A DNA stretch of 64,000 nucleotides from Selaginella moellendorffii (lineage: Eukaryota > Plantae > Lycopodiophyta), in the NCBI RefSeq assembly GCF_000143415.4, contig NW_003314365.1, forward strand, positions 447,181 through 511,180, written 5' to 3'. Below, in pieces: positions 25,519 to 39,871 of the stretch. The notes below the pieces were generated by a model. It had not been told where the DNA came from. It saw nothing but the letters and a program-made list of their open reading frames with translations, and did no database searches. Every line of letters starts with the position of its first letter. The stretch's first letter is position 1. A program made the position numbers and the translations under genes.

Positions 25519-26314
25519 CTTTGGAATAATGTACCCTAGATTGATTTAGGGCCCGACCTTGTTTATTTTTTATCTGGTATAAGCAATTCTCTTTTTCTGG
25601 GCTGCTATTTTATCTTTCCTTATGTATCGAGCCCAGCAGCGAAAGCTTGGCATGTTTTCGGACATAAGGAATGCATTTTTAGCTCAGCATCCCGGTTTGG
25701 TTTTGTGATATGTTGTGCACAAGCTCTGTTGATTGTTGAGATCTCTTCCCAGAAAGTATTGCTAAAACGAATCCCTCTTTTCGTGTTCTTGAGTTGATCA
25801 TATTTTCTCCCAGCAGCATTGCCGCTTGTCCAGCAGATGGCTGCCAGTAGTCACCACAATTTGCAGGGATTTGCTCTTGAGCCCCAGAGGATCCTGGTGG
25901 CTACACCCTTACTCTTACCATTGCCTTGGCGCAGATCCATCCAATCCATCAGCATCTGCTGCAGTACCATGCTTAGGGCATCTTGTCAAACACCTCAAAT
26001 GGGATCAGTGCTTGCCATAGCCAAGAGCACGACATTTTAAGGCACAATGTCCAAGGAAGAAAACTTGAGCAGTTCCACGAATTGCAGACTGGAGTTGTGG
26101 ACTGGTTTTTTCATGTAGTCCCTCGTGGTTTCTTATCTTAGTATTCTTTTCCAGAGAACTTGTAGTCCTGGAGCTTTCAAGACTGCTGATTCAACAAAGG
26201 AGGAAGTATGTGAAGATTGCTATTTGGATGGAATTGAGAGCGATGATACTCCCAATTGATGTGAATGTGAGAGATGAGTCTTTGTGTGTATCTATTCCTA
26301 ATTTGACTCACTCT

Positions 26315-26884
26315 GTGACTGTGTCCCTTGTCACCACACTAGAGGGCTACTCCTCTTCCTTTCCATAGTTTGGGATTTTGGAGCAACATTTCGGAACACC
26401 ATGGCCCTACACGGGCCTCGTGGGTACTCTCCTCGCCTTCTGCCTTTGGGTGCTCTAGCCATGGGCTTAGAGTGAGGTTCTGTTGAGCCACACTAGGTAT
26501 CTAAGTAGGTAGTGCCACCCACACTTGGACTGGGAGCATTGGCCAGTTGGTCTCCCGCCGGCTCTTGAACACTTCACCAAGCTACCCCGCTTGTCGGTCT
26601 GTGTTCACTCTAGTCTTGGACTTCCCAATGGGCAGCTCATCACCCAACACTGGGTCCGGCCTTCCTGGGCCAAACTGGCCTTTCCTGGCCAAACTGGCTC
26701 CACTACAGTCCTCCCCCTTTACTATACTTTTGGAGCTCACAAAACCCCCTACGGTCTGGGAGATGAACGCTTTGGGCTTTCACCCTCTCAGACTCGAACT
26801 CAGACTCGGACTCGGACTCAAACTCGGACTCGGGCTCGGTCTTGGCCTCTGCCTCGGTCTCAGTCTCAGTCCCGGTCCCGGTCC

Positions 26885-26932
<48 letters not shown>

Positions 26933-29900
26933 TGGTCCCGGTCTCGGTCCCAGTCTCGGTCTCGACCCCCGACTCCATCTCGGGTCCTTCTCAGACTCCA
27001 TCTCGGATTCCGTCTCGGTCCATCTCGGACTCCATCTTGAACTCCGTCTCGGTCCATCTCGGACTCCATCTCGGACTCTGTCTTGGTCCATCTCGGACTC
27101 CATCTTGGACTCCACTTCGGACTCCATCTCAGACTCCATCTTAGACTCCATCTCAGACTCCACCTCGGGCTCCATCTCGGACTTCGTCTCGGTCCATCTC
27201 GGACTCCACCTCGGACTCCATCTTAGACTCCAACTCGGGTCCATCTCGGACTCCATCTCGGACACTTCCACGTGTCATATGTTGGTCCTTTTGGGTCCCT
27301 TTTTGGAGTCTCGTTTATTGCTCGCTTCGTGCTTGTTCCTAGAGCCCTTTGTTGGGAGTTCCACTCCTGCTCTCGACTTTTCAAGTCGGAGCTTTTAGTC
27401 CAAACGTGTTACGCTCGTTTGGCTTTCGCTTCGGCCACTACCACATGGCATCCTTTCGGCTCCACTTTGGGGCCTAGGGATTTTATGTCTCACAACTCCA
27501 CCACCCATAGACGAAGTTCGATGTCCTCATTGAACAATAAACCCTTTTATAAAGTAACACTTGCAAAGATGGTCCTTGTGAGTAGGACATGAATACAAGG
27601 AGTTGTATTCCAGTGAACTGGCACCTCAAAAGTAAGACTTCATGGGTTGTCGGATTAGCAAAGTCCAAAAAGTCTGATGACTCTAATAGAGTCAAGGAAT
27701 AATCCTAAGGGATTGATGGAAGCATTTGGACTGAGGTGTGTGGTGCCCCATGAAGGATGGGGAGGATCTTGAGATCCAAGCATGAGAACCGTGTGTATCT
27801 TATTGATAGCAGAAGGTGCCATGCTAAAGTCGTGGGAAGGAGTTTCCCGGAAGAAAACAACTTTGACGCAAAGTTGTGCGTGAATTCCATGGTGCGGTGC
27901 TAACAGATAGTTAGCATGAGGAACAATCATATTGGTCTTGGCAAAAACCTAGACACTAAAAGTAGTGTCATAAGGATAGGCTTATGGGGCCAATGGTGTG
28001 GAGACACCAAATGTGCCAAGGTGAGATACCTTGAAGTTATGTTGGTGGGTTTATAAGAACCCCTTGCCAAGGGAATCCCAACGGAAATGGGAATGGCATA
28101 GCCTAAGCTGGAAGGCATGCAGTTAGAGTGTGGTGACCCAAATAATGATGGAGGTGTGGAAGCACCAGCAATGAGTTGTAGGATTTGATAATTATGAGGT
28201 AACTAAGCAAAAGGTGCGAAATAATTGGTTAAATTGGTAGAAGGTAACTACCTAAGACGTCTTATGGGGATAAGGAAGTTAAATATACCCTTATGGGGGA
28301 GAAATTGCTTATGTTGTGAAATAGTAAGTCAATGTCGTAAAAGGAATGTTTATTGCCAAATAAGGCCATCATTAGGACACCCAAACACTCTAAAACACTA
28401 GGAAGTGGTGTTTGGTGTCGCAAGGGCATTAGATAAGGCCCAAGGGACTAAGTCCCTAGCAAATGATGGATAGAAGGTGCTATCCAAATGTCCAAGGTTC
28501 TGGAGATGGGAGAAATCCGTCTACCCGATTTGGACATAGCCAAAAATAGGATTTTGGCAAGGCTAGTGATGGGCATATCGAGTCCCATAAGTAGCAACGT
28601 TAATCCCGGTGTGTGCATGCCCAAATTGAGGAACCACTCCCTAAGCTATTGGGTAAGTTCATCCCTATGAATACTTGCTAAAACATGGTAAAAGGTGCAA
28701 AGCTATCCTCCTAGTCTGGAGGAGAATAACCAAGGGAAACATATAATGCCCAAAGGCAAGTAGTATTGGGATGGAACGGAACCATAGAAATCAAAAGGCA
28801 TAACCAACGATGGTTATGCAAGTTAGGAATGGAGAATCAAAAGAGTGCACCCTTTTTTTCAATCGGTTAAGGGTCTTAGGATATTTAGGGTTAAACGTCC
28901 TTGGGTTTGAATAGTACTAGGCTAGGTGACCTCCCGCCAAACTTAGGAGCTTACACCCAAGTATTAAAGGGTTGGGACTTGAACCCAACCTTCATATATG
29001 CATCTATTGACAACATCATCTATGATGCCCAATGTGACTCCCATGCTGGTGCACCAACTTATACCTAAAGCATGCTATGGATAATAATTAAGAATTTAGT
29101 TCCTTAAATTGTTAAGTTCTCCCACTTGACAAGTCTATGATCAGATTCCTTCATGCTTGGCCCTATGGGCCACCCTTTTTTAAGTTAACACCTTTAACTA
29201 GGGTCTTTATCCCCCCGACTTGCCAATCTTGCTGAGCAAGTCATCTGACTAGTGTAATATAGTTTTATACATAAGCATGAAAATCCTTAACTATCAACTT
29301 TTATTCAAAGCCATCTCTTTGTACACTTGGGAATTAGTTCCTTAATCTTGATGGCCTCGTTTCATGACAAGCTTTAAAACCATGCTTTTGCTATGCCACT
29401 TTAATTTCTCATGTTCCTATGAACTATTTACACTTGTCTTTCTAAGTACTAATTTACCTATAATTGTCTTTGGGAACCTTGAAGGGATTCTATCCCTTAG
29501 CTTGCTAAAGCTTCTCATTTTGTAAGTTTTTTTAACTGTTATAAGGTCTAATATAGGCAATTCTATACTTTAGACTTTTTATGGCTCCATGATTATCAAT
29601 AGCAATATATTTGAGCATCCACTTAATTCTTCACTCCCAACTTGCATAATCACCCTTGACTATGCCCTTCAATTTTTATAGTTTGGTTTTATCCTTTTAT
29701 TATTTGCTTTTAGCTTTGCATGTTCTTTTCAATTATTCTTCTTCTAGGCTAGGAGAATAACTTTGCATTTTCTACCATGTCTTAGCAAGTATTCTTAGGG
29801 ATTAATCTACCCGATGGCCTAGGGAGTGGTTTCTCAATCTAGATATGTTCACCTTATAATCCCACACATTAGGATTAACATTGCTACTCATGGGCTTTTG

Positions 29901-32900
29901 TGTGCCCATCACTAGCTTAGCCAAAATCTTTTTTGGCTTTATTCAATTTTGGATGGATAGACATCTCCCGTCTTTAAATTTCCACAACTATAGACATTGA
30001 ATAACATTTTATATCCATTATTCTTTAGAGACTTAATCTTTAGGGTGTTATCTAATGCCCTCATGATACTCAACACCACTTCTTAGGTGTTTAAGATTGC
30101 TTAGGTGTCCTTATGATGGACTTCTTTGGCAATGAACATTTCCTTTTATGACCTTGACTTACTATATTGCAACATAAACAATTAATCCCTTAAAGGATAT
30201 TTTTATCTTCCTTATTATTCCAATAAAAAGTCTTGGGAAGTTGACTTCCACCAATTCAATCAATTATGACACACATTTTGCTTAATTACCTTATAGTCAT
30301 TAAGTCTTATAACTCATTGCTAGTGCTTTCACACCTCCATCATTATTTGGGTTCACACACTCGAATCACATGCTTTCCAACTTAGGTTATGCCAATCCTA
30401 TTTTCATGGGATTTCTTTTGCAAGACCAAAAGGTTTTCATGAACCAACTAATTTGACTTCAAGGCTTTATCCTTTGAAACACTTGGGGTCTTTATTCTAT
30501 CAGCTCCATGAGCCTACTCTCATGACACTTTCCACTTGTGTCTAAGTCTTTGCCAAGACCAAAATAATCATTTCTCATGCCAACTATCAGTTAACATTAT
30601 ATCATAGTGTTCATACACAACTCTGTGCTAAAGTTGCTTTCTTCCTGAAACACTTTTCCCACGACTTTAGTATGGCACATTCTGCCATCAATGAGATACT
30701 TATTGGTCTTATACTTGAATCTTATAATCCTCTCTGTCCTCCGTAGGGTACCACATACCTTAATCCAAATGCTTCTACCAATCCTTTAGGACCATTCTTT
30801 GATTCCACTTGAGTTATCCAACTTTTAGACATTATTAAGCTGATGACTTATAATGTTCTACTTTTGAACTTTCTAGAATACAACTTATTGTATTCATATC
30901 CTATTTATAAGGATTGTCTTTGCAAGTGTTATTCCGACACTTGATTATTTTTTGTTTCATATGGGCTACATTTGCCCCTTAGAACTCTCTATCTATATCA
31001 TAAGAATACCAACTCATTCTCTAAGTACATCCCCAACTCTTTAAGTTATTCCAGCATTTATTAAAGGTAGCCTCGACTACTATTTCAAGGACCTGTATCC
31101 TTATTTATATTTGACCTCATACAGTCACTAACTCCAATATCAAATTCTTAAGCATTATCTTCAATTATATGAGGATAATCTTATAACTCTTTTATTGTTC
31201 AGGAGTTTTCATCATTCTCGTGATCCCAATTATAGTTATTTACTACAACCACATTATCCAGTTTGCTAAGTCAAACACTTTTATTGTTCACATCCTCAAC
31301 TTTCTAAGGAAAACCTTATATTGTTCCCAAGATCCTACTGGCCCCCTTGTATTCACCATATTGCTAATATGTTTATATATAAACTAAGGTGGAAAGTACT
31401 ACTCCTCGAGGAAAACCCATTTCTAGGACTTTTCGATGCCAATATCAAGTGGTAATATATTTGACCACCAATAACAATTGGATTAAGGAACAACTTCGAT
31501 ACCAAATTGTAAACAATTAATTTTTCCATTCTACTTTAGCCACTTAATCACAACTTTAACCACTTAAAGGAGTTTTACTCACAAACTTTATAAATCTTAT
31601 TTCTAACTTGAGGATATACTAGCCTCATGAATGGCATCTATGCCACTCAACTTTTATATTTGGTCCAAGTGTTCCACATGTCCGATCTCATGACTGACAC
31701 CCAAAGGTATTACTGATATATTAACTTGTTACACTAAAGTTATGCCATTCACCCTTGTCACATTGGTAGTCCAAGACCATTTGTATAATAGTTTTACCTC
31801 TCAAAGACTGAGCCATCTGTCTATGAGTGGTCATCCTTTGACCACACTTTAACACCCTTAGGATGTTTAAAGATATAGGGAATACCCTTCCCCAATGTCC
31901 TTTCTTCTATTCCCACCAAGTCCCTCTTCATTTATGGCCATATTCGCCAACACTGCCACTGAGTAAGGCCTAAAGGCCTGACCATTAAGTCTTATTGACC
32001 TCTAAGACTTCTTCACCATGTGACCGTATCCTTCATCACTACATTAAAGGATTATTCTTCTTCCTTTCCATAATTTGGGACTTTAAAATAACATTTTGAA
32101 ACACAATAACCCTATACAAGCCTTTTGGGTACTTTCCCCACTTTCCACCCTTAGGTGTCTTAGCCATGTGGCGAGAGTGAGGTTTTGATGAACCACACCA
32201 AATATCCAAGTAGGTAATGCCACCCACATTTGGATTGGGAGTACTTTTGACTATTCAATCTCTCTAGGGAGTTAGAGTTGGCTTTTGAACATTTTACCAA
32301 GTTACTTTACTTGTTTACTCTAGCTTTGAACTCTTTAGTGGTTATATCATCACCCAACACATGGGTATACCCTTCTTTGATCACATTGGCATTTCTTGGC
32401 CAAATTAGCTATACTAGAGTCCTCCCTTAGTATATTTTTGGAGCTCACCAAACCTCTTAGGGTCTAGGAGATGACCTCTTTGGGATTTCACCCTCGGACT
32501 TGGACTCGAACTTGGACTCGGACTTAAACTTAGTCTCGGATTTGGTCTCGGACTCGGTCTTGGACTCAGTATTGGTCACGGTCTCGCTCTCGCTCTCGAT
32601 CTCAGTCTCGGTCTCAATCTCGATCTCGATTTCAGACTTGATTTTGAACTCAACCTTAGACTCCATCTTGCGTCCATCTCGGACTTCATCACGGATCCAT
32701 CTTGGGTCCATTTCAGACTCTATCTTATGTCCATCTCGGAGTCCATCTTGAATTCTTTTTTGGACTGCTTCTTGGACTCCATTTCAAACTCCTTCTTGGG
32801 TCCTATTTTAGACTTGTTCTTGACACTTTCATGTGTCATGACACTTGCCTTGTGTCAATCTTTCTTGTGTTCTTTTTAAAGACTCATTTACCAATTGCTC

Positions 32901-32960
32901 CATGCACTTTTCTTGAGCACTTTGTTCTTGAGCACTATATCCACTACCAAGTTTTTAGGT
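26315..32960. mobile_element. Scrambled LARD-family pieces: LTR+PPT (-) 26315-27560, internal (+) 27560-28840, older internal (-) 28956-31507 and LTR (-) 31508-32960
   Basis: Each block aligns by eye to 39872-47493. rc PBS gatacca at ~31498-31504; strand switch at the shared motif agtaacac (~27553-27560). Confidence 0.8.
28841..28955 (+). mobile_element. Cassandra-like LTR 3' fragment
   Basis: aagagtgcaccc...ggtgacctccc...ggagcttaca. Confidence 0.85.
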
Positions 32961-34399
32961 TCAGACATTGAATGCTAACATCAAATTTTTGAAAGTTATT
33001 TTTCATTTTCTTTCTTCATTTGATCTAGATCTTGGGTTAATAGATCTTATCATTACAGCTTGATCACAAAATTGCAAAATTTAACTTTTGGATGAAATCA
33101 ATTTTATTTAGTGCCATATACAACATTATATTTGATAGCTTAGTGCAAGCTCACAAATTAAGTGAATGAAAAAGCAACAAATAAGTGATGGGCACATTTG
33201 TCTGCTCTTAGCAGAGAAGAACAACACTTGTTTTCTGAAACAAATGAGTGTTTAATAAACCACACTCTCGAAATACAATTGCTTACTCATGGACGAACGC
33301 TATGCATTTATACACTACAGAGCAGAAAAAAATTTAACATAAGATGAAATGACAATGTAGAATCAAAGTTAACAACCATTCATGCCAGTTCTGCAACACA
33401 GTCTTCCACACAGCAAACATAACCCGGTATTTTTTTGCAAACGCAATCAATAGTATCTACATAGAAAAAAGGAAAACATAAGATGGTCTTAGGGTCAAGC
33501 TATTAGCGTTTGCGTGCGCTGATAAGTGAGGGCCAACCCTCGTGCACATGGCTTGCCTGTCAGCACCAAGATGCAATGCTCTTCTTCTTGTTGACTTGTG
33601 AACATTTAATATTATATGAGGTGGAAAAAGGCTAATTTGATGCTAAGTGAAGGTATTTTTGTGTATTAAAAGAAGCTCATCTTGTTTATTATACTCTTTT
33701 TTAAGGTATATTTTCCATTAGATGTATTGGTAGTGATTGTAACTTGTAGAAAATTCCACACTTCTTTCACCTCTAAGTATTCTAACATGTAAACTTGTTT
33801 TATATTTTCTGACCTTCTGTATAATTTTGGGTTAAAGGTCCATTAGTAACAAACAAGTCGCCTATATATCTTAAGGCATCTGCAAATTGTTTAAGTATGT
33901 TGATATTAAGCGATGATGGCCATAAAAAAACACAATGGTCCTATATTTGAAAAAGAAAAGAAATAGGTTACACTATGTGGGTGAACAGGAAAAATCTATA
34001 GATATACCAACTTTTTGTTTCCACACGACCTTCTCTAATTGAATATATGTAATTTTGACTAAGAACAATATAATTTTGTATTTTTATTTATTTGAAGCTT
34101 GCATTTCCATTTTCCATTATTAAGCTTTTACACAGATAGCTCTTTTGAGTTTCCCTCATATTAGTATGAGTGAGGTCTATAAAGTAGTTTATAACACTGA
34201 TAAAACCAGTTTCACCTTAAAGTGGAATGCTTTTATAGCATTTAGTGATATCTACATTGAAGAGATCATAAACCTAGTTTGGAAGATTGATACATACATG
34301 CTATTGCATTTGTTAGCCATCAAAACATTCATTGATATGATTTATATATGCCCATGAAATGAAATATGGGAATGTATTCTTTTCAATATGATCCTATTG

Positions 34400-36300
34400 T
34401 GATTTTATCGCTTAAAGTGGATCATAAAACATCGATGTCTTAGGCTGTAATCAACAAGTTTCTTGGTTAAACAATGTTCAACCCAAAGTGGTTGATAATG
34501 AAGTTAGTCTACTTGCACATTGTAGCATTGTAGTAGCTTTGACTAGATTCTCAATAATGATCTATTTTATACTGAACTTAAGTTAGTACCTTTGTTCATG
34601 AAGTTTTCCCATTGAGCTTATTGATAAATCTATTAGCACTTGGAGTAATTTGTTAGATGGAAAAGGTGTGAAGTTGAGACATTAACATTACTATCACTTG
34701 TGTTAGTGGAAATGACATTATTGTTTCGAGTGATAAATAGTTTTTCCTTAGAGCTTGATCTTCCATGTTATTTTTTTTGTTAGTGTTTTGGCTTCACATT
34801 GGATTTTGAAGGTGATTGAAGAAGAGTGTTAATACAATAAGGATATCCAAAGATATAATTTTCATGGTTGAGTCTTAGATGTTCCTTTTGCATTTTGTGG
34901 ATGTTGAAAATATAGGTAAAATAAGAGGAAGTTAGTTGAGTCTTGAAAGTTTATATTCTTAGACTAAGAGTCATTCTTTCTCTCTGATAGAAAATTTTTC
35001 CACATTTATTTTTAGACTTTTTAAATGGCTAATCTATTGATCACTTTACCTGAAAACCATTCCATTTTAGAAAGCCATTGCAAACTACTGAAAGAGTTAA
35101 AGTTGACTTCAATTGGCTTAGACCTTAGTAGGTAGTTTATATGATACAGCCTAAAAGGGATACTAACTTTTGGGGATAAAAATATTAAATTGGATAGAAT
35201 CTAAAGTTGGTGTAGAAAAGTGGCTATTGTGCTTTTTTAGAAAGGTGACCCTTGTGCCTTTTTTCTGTAGTGTTATGTTTGTTGGTAGGTTGCACCTTTG
35301 TATTCCATTACACTTTATGAGAGTAGTGAGCTCTCACTGATCTTAACTTGGTTTTGGTAGCCTTGCATCTTAGCTAAGGATGATGATGTCACTTAGTTAT
35401 TTAAGGTAAAGATATTAATACCCATACTATAGGTTTTTTTATGAGGAAGTCTTATGGTCTTCACTTAAATTTTTGCTAAGTGTTAATCATGCATAGCTAG
35501 CCTCTTCAAGATATATTGGTTAGACACATTAGTGAGTTTATTACAGTTGAGTTGGATTTGAATGGTTATTTGGTTTGTGCTTATCCATGAATCTTTATGT
35601 TGTATCTAGAGTGTTATCTTCTTATTATACAAGTATATATAACACAATGATGTGAGTTTAGTATTTGGATCATGAAGGCAAGTTGATAAGTGATTATTGG
35701 TTGCTTTGTAACTAGTGGTTGCTTGTAAACTTTATTGAGGGTTGTTGACACGTGCTTTGCTTTATGATGATTTAGTAGTGATGGGTTTGCTTTATTGGAT
35801 AGTATTGCAGAGGATCATGCCATTAAATTTACATGGTTTTTCCATGTTAGCATGTTGATTCTACCTCTGTTGATATCATTTGGTTGCATTTAGTCTGTAA
35901 TATTAGATTACATTGAGTCTTGGATGTGGTGAATCATTCTTTGATATTATGTTTTCTATAGCTAAGTATTATTGGAATTTGGTCTTGGATACTAAAGTAT
36001 CTTTAACATTAGTTAGCTTAGTTGTTAGAGAGTTTTGAGTGGTGATTTGTTATTGCTTTTGTTTAGCTTTGTTCAAGTGTTGATGGCATTAAGTGATACC
36101 ATATCATTGATCTTATTGATATTGAGATTGAAATGGGATGATATGTCTCTTCACAGAATTGATATTAAGTTTCATTAATCTCAATACAGATAGTATTGAT
36201 GATTTAGTTGTAACTTTATGTTGTTAATATTTATGCATTTACTTGTTAGCAACTATATTAGCATTTAAATAAGCTATGTGGCAAGTTCAAGTTCTAGACA
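34400..36300 (+). pseudogene. Highly decayed L1-type reverse transcriptase fossil
   Basis: Motif shadows in the expected order: aaagttgacttc (KxDF, ~35100), ggtgacccttgtgccttttttctg (GDPxxxFL, ~35244), gatgat (~35380). No open frame; limits approximate. Confidence 0.35.
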
Positions 36301-36623
36301 AGATTGTTTAGTAGGGGTTGTAGTCATGGACAATACTAGCTTTACAAGGGGAAGAGTTACTGATCAATATTGAAGTTGTTTGTTCCTTATTGAATTTGAG
36401 TTGAGGATATATTAATTATTGATTATTCTTTTTGTGCTTATTATAAAGTGAATTATGTTTTGCTATAGAAGATGAATTCATGGAGGATTGTTTGGTGACC
36501 AGTTATTGAGTATAACTTCCTTGTGATTGTCTTTGAATTGATGCAAATATACTTTTCATTAGCTTTTGTATTGTAAAGTTTAACTTATGGATTTGTTGAG
36601 GATATTATGGGTTATACCATGAT

Positions 36624-36833
36624 TGTAAACTTCTAAGTTTGAACTTCCTGAGAGGTCACCTAGCCCAGTATTATTCAAACCCAAAAACACTTAACCCCAA
36701 ATATCTCAAGACCCTTAATTGATTGGAAAAGGGGTGCACTTTTATTCATGGGTCATTTCCCTTTATATTTGAACCTTTATAGATTGTCTTTCGAGTTATT
36801 CCCTTTTGTTGCTTACAATCCACCACGCTTTCC
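36624..36833 (-). mobile_element. Degenerate Cassandra-like 3' LTR plus PPT
   Basis: tgtaaac...gcttaca 36624-36817 followed by atccaccacgctt. Confidence 0.85.
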
Positions 36834-36839
36834 GAGCCA

Positions 36840-37855
36840 ATGTAGGTTTTGAGCTCATGAGCTCACGAGCTGAGCTCACGGCTTCTCAAACACAAGGAAA
36901 ACATTGGTTCGTCCTAAACCAACATCTGTTCATTTTTCAAATTTTGATTTATCTATATTTCCAAGTAAATTTGACCAATAAAATACAAATATAAATATAG
37001 ATCACAACACTAAAAGCAATCTAAAAACACTTATCAAGCTCTGCAACTATAAGGCTTGCCTGGTGGATGTGATGGTTGATCTTAAGATCTTGGTTTATTT
37101 CCTGCATAAAAATGTAATAGATGTGCTTGTAGGCTAAATATACCTTTCCTTGTTCTCCCTCTGTGTAAAATCTAAACAGGTATAGGATGGATTTTCGCAG
37201 ATTTTCAAAGTGTAACTTATACCCTTTGACGACTCAGTCACAACAACAAACTCTTTAACTATAACACTGATGTAGTTTGTCTTTGTGATTGTGTACTTTA
37301 GCTCTTTTGCTAGCTTAATCTTCTTTTGTGCACCTTTTGAAATGGAAGATTTGTATTGTACAGCTTTCCCATTCCTAGCTGATTGTGTATGCCAGTTTAG
37401 TGTTGATATTGGTGGCATAGCAGTATTAACAACAACATTTGAGGAAGTCTTTAGCTTGAAAGCTTCTCTATCCAGATTTTCAATCTCTTCTTTCAAAAGA
37501 TTGCAACTTCACTCAACTGGCCACTCCTCTGGCATAGAATCTGCTTTCAAAATAATTGAGCTGTGGATCCAGCTTGTATGAGTAACATCAGTCCCACAAT
37601 AGTAAATCCAACTTGACTAGTGACCCTTCACCACTAGATCTCGACAGCCCCAAAAACATGGCACTGTTGAAGAACTTGAACCTCAATACACAAATGTGAG
37701 ACATTGACCTCGACTCCCAATCATTCAGGAGTAATGTGCATTCCTCTTGGCATTGACTCTTTGAATTGCCTAGTTGATACAAGAAACTTGCTCAAGAGAA
37801 ATAACCTTTTAAACCTCTGGCACTGGACTTACTTGTGTAACAACTGGCACCTCCT
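36840..37855 (-). pseudogene. MULE-like transposase, 3' part (SWIM), continuation of 54197-56087
   Basis: YTLKICENPSYTCLDF..ACKHIYYIF. The frame runs across the TSD (KEHEVEE|VPVVTQVSP). Confidence 0.75.
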
Positions 37856-39205
37856 TGTAGGACACAAATCCCTAAGTCCCAAAGTGGAGCTATGTGACTG
37901 AAGCAAAAGCCAAATAAGTATAACATGTTTGGACTAAAAGCTCTAATTTGAAAGGTCAAGAGCAGGAGTGGAACTCCCAATGAAGTGCTCAAGGAATGAG
38001 CATGAAGCGAGCCATAAAAGAGTCTCTAGGAACGGGATATGAGATGGAGTCCGAAATGGACCTGAGACAGAGTCCGAGATGGACCCAAGATGGAGTCTGA
38101 AATGGAGTCTGAGATGGACTCAAGATGGAGTCCGAGATGGACCCGAGATGGAATCCGAGAAGGACCCGAGATGGAGTCCAAAGTCGAGATTGAGACCGAG
38201 ACCGGGACTGAGACCGAGACCAAGACCGAGACCGAGGCCAAGGCCGAGAACGAAGCCAAGGCTGAGACCGAGCCCAAGCCCAAGTCTGAGTCCGAGTCCG
38301 AGTCTGAGTTCGAGTCTAAGAGGGTGAAAACCCAAAGTGTTCGTCTCCCAGACTCTGAGGGGTTTGGTGAGCTCCAAAAGTATAGTAGGGGGAGAACTCT
38401 AATGGAGCCAGTTTGGCCAAGAAAGGCCAGTATGGCCCAAGAAGGCTGTGCCCAAGTGTTGGGTGATGGGATATCCACTGGGAACTCCAAGACTAGAGTG
38501 AATACAGACCGACAAGTGGGGTAGCTTGGTGAAGTGTTCAAGAGCCAGAAGGGCTAGCTTAGGCGCACCACCAAATGTGGGGGATTCCCCTGGGGTCATA
38601 GTCAACAATTTAAAAGGGTCTAAAAGACCTAGTTCCTATTGGTAGAGTTGTTAAGGGGTCAAGATGAAATCACTAGGTGATCTTGTGGTTAAATAAGAAC
38701 AAGGTCTTTGTTTGGGTTAAGGAATATGATTCTTGGTTCAAAGTGTTGAGTTGAACTATTGATAATGGTGTGGCTTGGTCAAGGTGAACAAATGGGAAGG
38801 ACACCTAAAGGGGAAATCAGTTATGCTAATACGATGGTATAGTAAGTCTAAGAAAGTAGTCTCTAGGAGAGACCCATGGGAGGGTCGCAAAGTTAGGTCA
38901 TGGACAAAGCCCGTAATAGAAAATGCTAAAGAGACCTACTAGTGGTGAGCACCCTCTGGACTTAGCAAAATAGAGCCTTTGCTATAGAACCAAAAGAATA
39001 CCTCAAAAATGGAGGTAAGGATCTTATGTTGCTTAGTGCAACAATCAACGGATAAAAACAAAAGACTAGTGGCCAACTGTGGGCTATGGAGTTCATTAGA
39101 AGGAATCCAAATGGCAAAGTTAGGCTTGGAACACTAATGTGTTAATGCTAACAGATTGTAAAAAAGGAAGTGTGCTTCCAAAGATGGATTCCCAAATGCT
39201 CCAAG

Positions 39206-39494
39206 ATGCTTTATTTCGTTAAAGTGGGACTTTTCATTATCCCACTTATGGTGTGTGGCCACATGCCATTTTTATAACAACAATAAAAATTTGAAGTTTT
39301 AACTTTATAATTTATAAATTAAAAACTTTTCATATGATTTTGTGTTATAATATTGTGAAATATAAAAAAATAAATTAAAAAAACTGATAGAAATATTAAT
39401 AAATATTAATTAAGTACTAGGAAATGGCATGTGGACACATGCTAATTAATGTCCCACTTTACTGAATAAGTCCCACTTTAACGAAATAAAGCAT
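39206..39494. mobile_element. 289 bp MITE related to the Sola-like element
   Basis: 27 bp perfect TIR atgctttatttcgttaaagtgggactt, 4 bp TSD caag. The empty site ctccaagttgaaag is present in the sister copy at ~51477-51490. Confidence 0.9.
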
Positions 39495-39871
39495 CAAGTT
39501 GAAAGCTCCAAGGGAGGGAGCAGCAAAGTAACCAAATGATAGGGCCGTGGACAACTCTAGCACAACTTACAATAGCTAAAACTTAGTGCCAAAAGTGGCA
39601 TAAAATAGAAAGGAGGGTGATGGTGCCCTCAAGTAGAGAACTTCCTAAGATGGGGAAGTGGAGTTTGCATAATATATGCAATAAAAGGTGTCGGGGACAC
39701 CTAAGAAGTTGACTTCGAGAAGTCAAGACTAAAAGTTCCAAAGAAGAATGGTTATATAAATAAAAGTTGAGACTACTAAAAAATGAGTAGTGGGATTGAA
39801 CTAGAGGAGGTGTCTTTAATGGGTTTAGCGAGAGCTAAACTAAACAAAGGGAGAGAATCATCTAAGGTAGT

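Noticed and set aside
33505-33570. Short hairpin as possible miRNA or Helitron end
   Set aside because: Stem of only ~13 bp with wobbles and no match to a miRNA I recognise.
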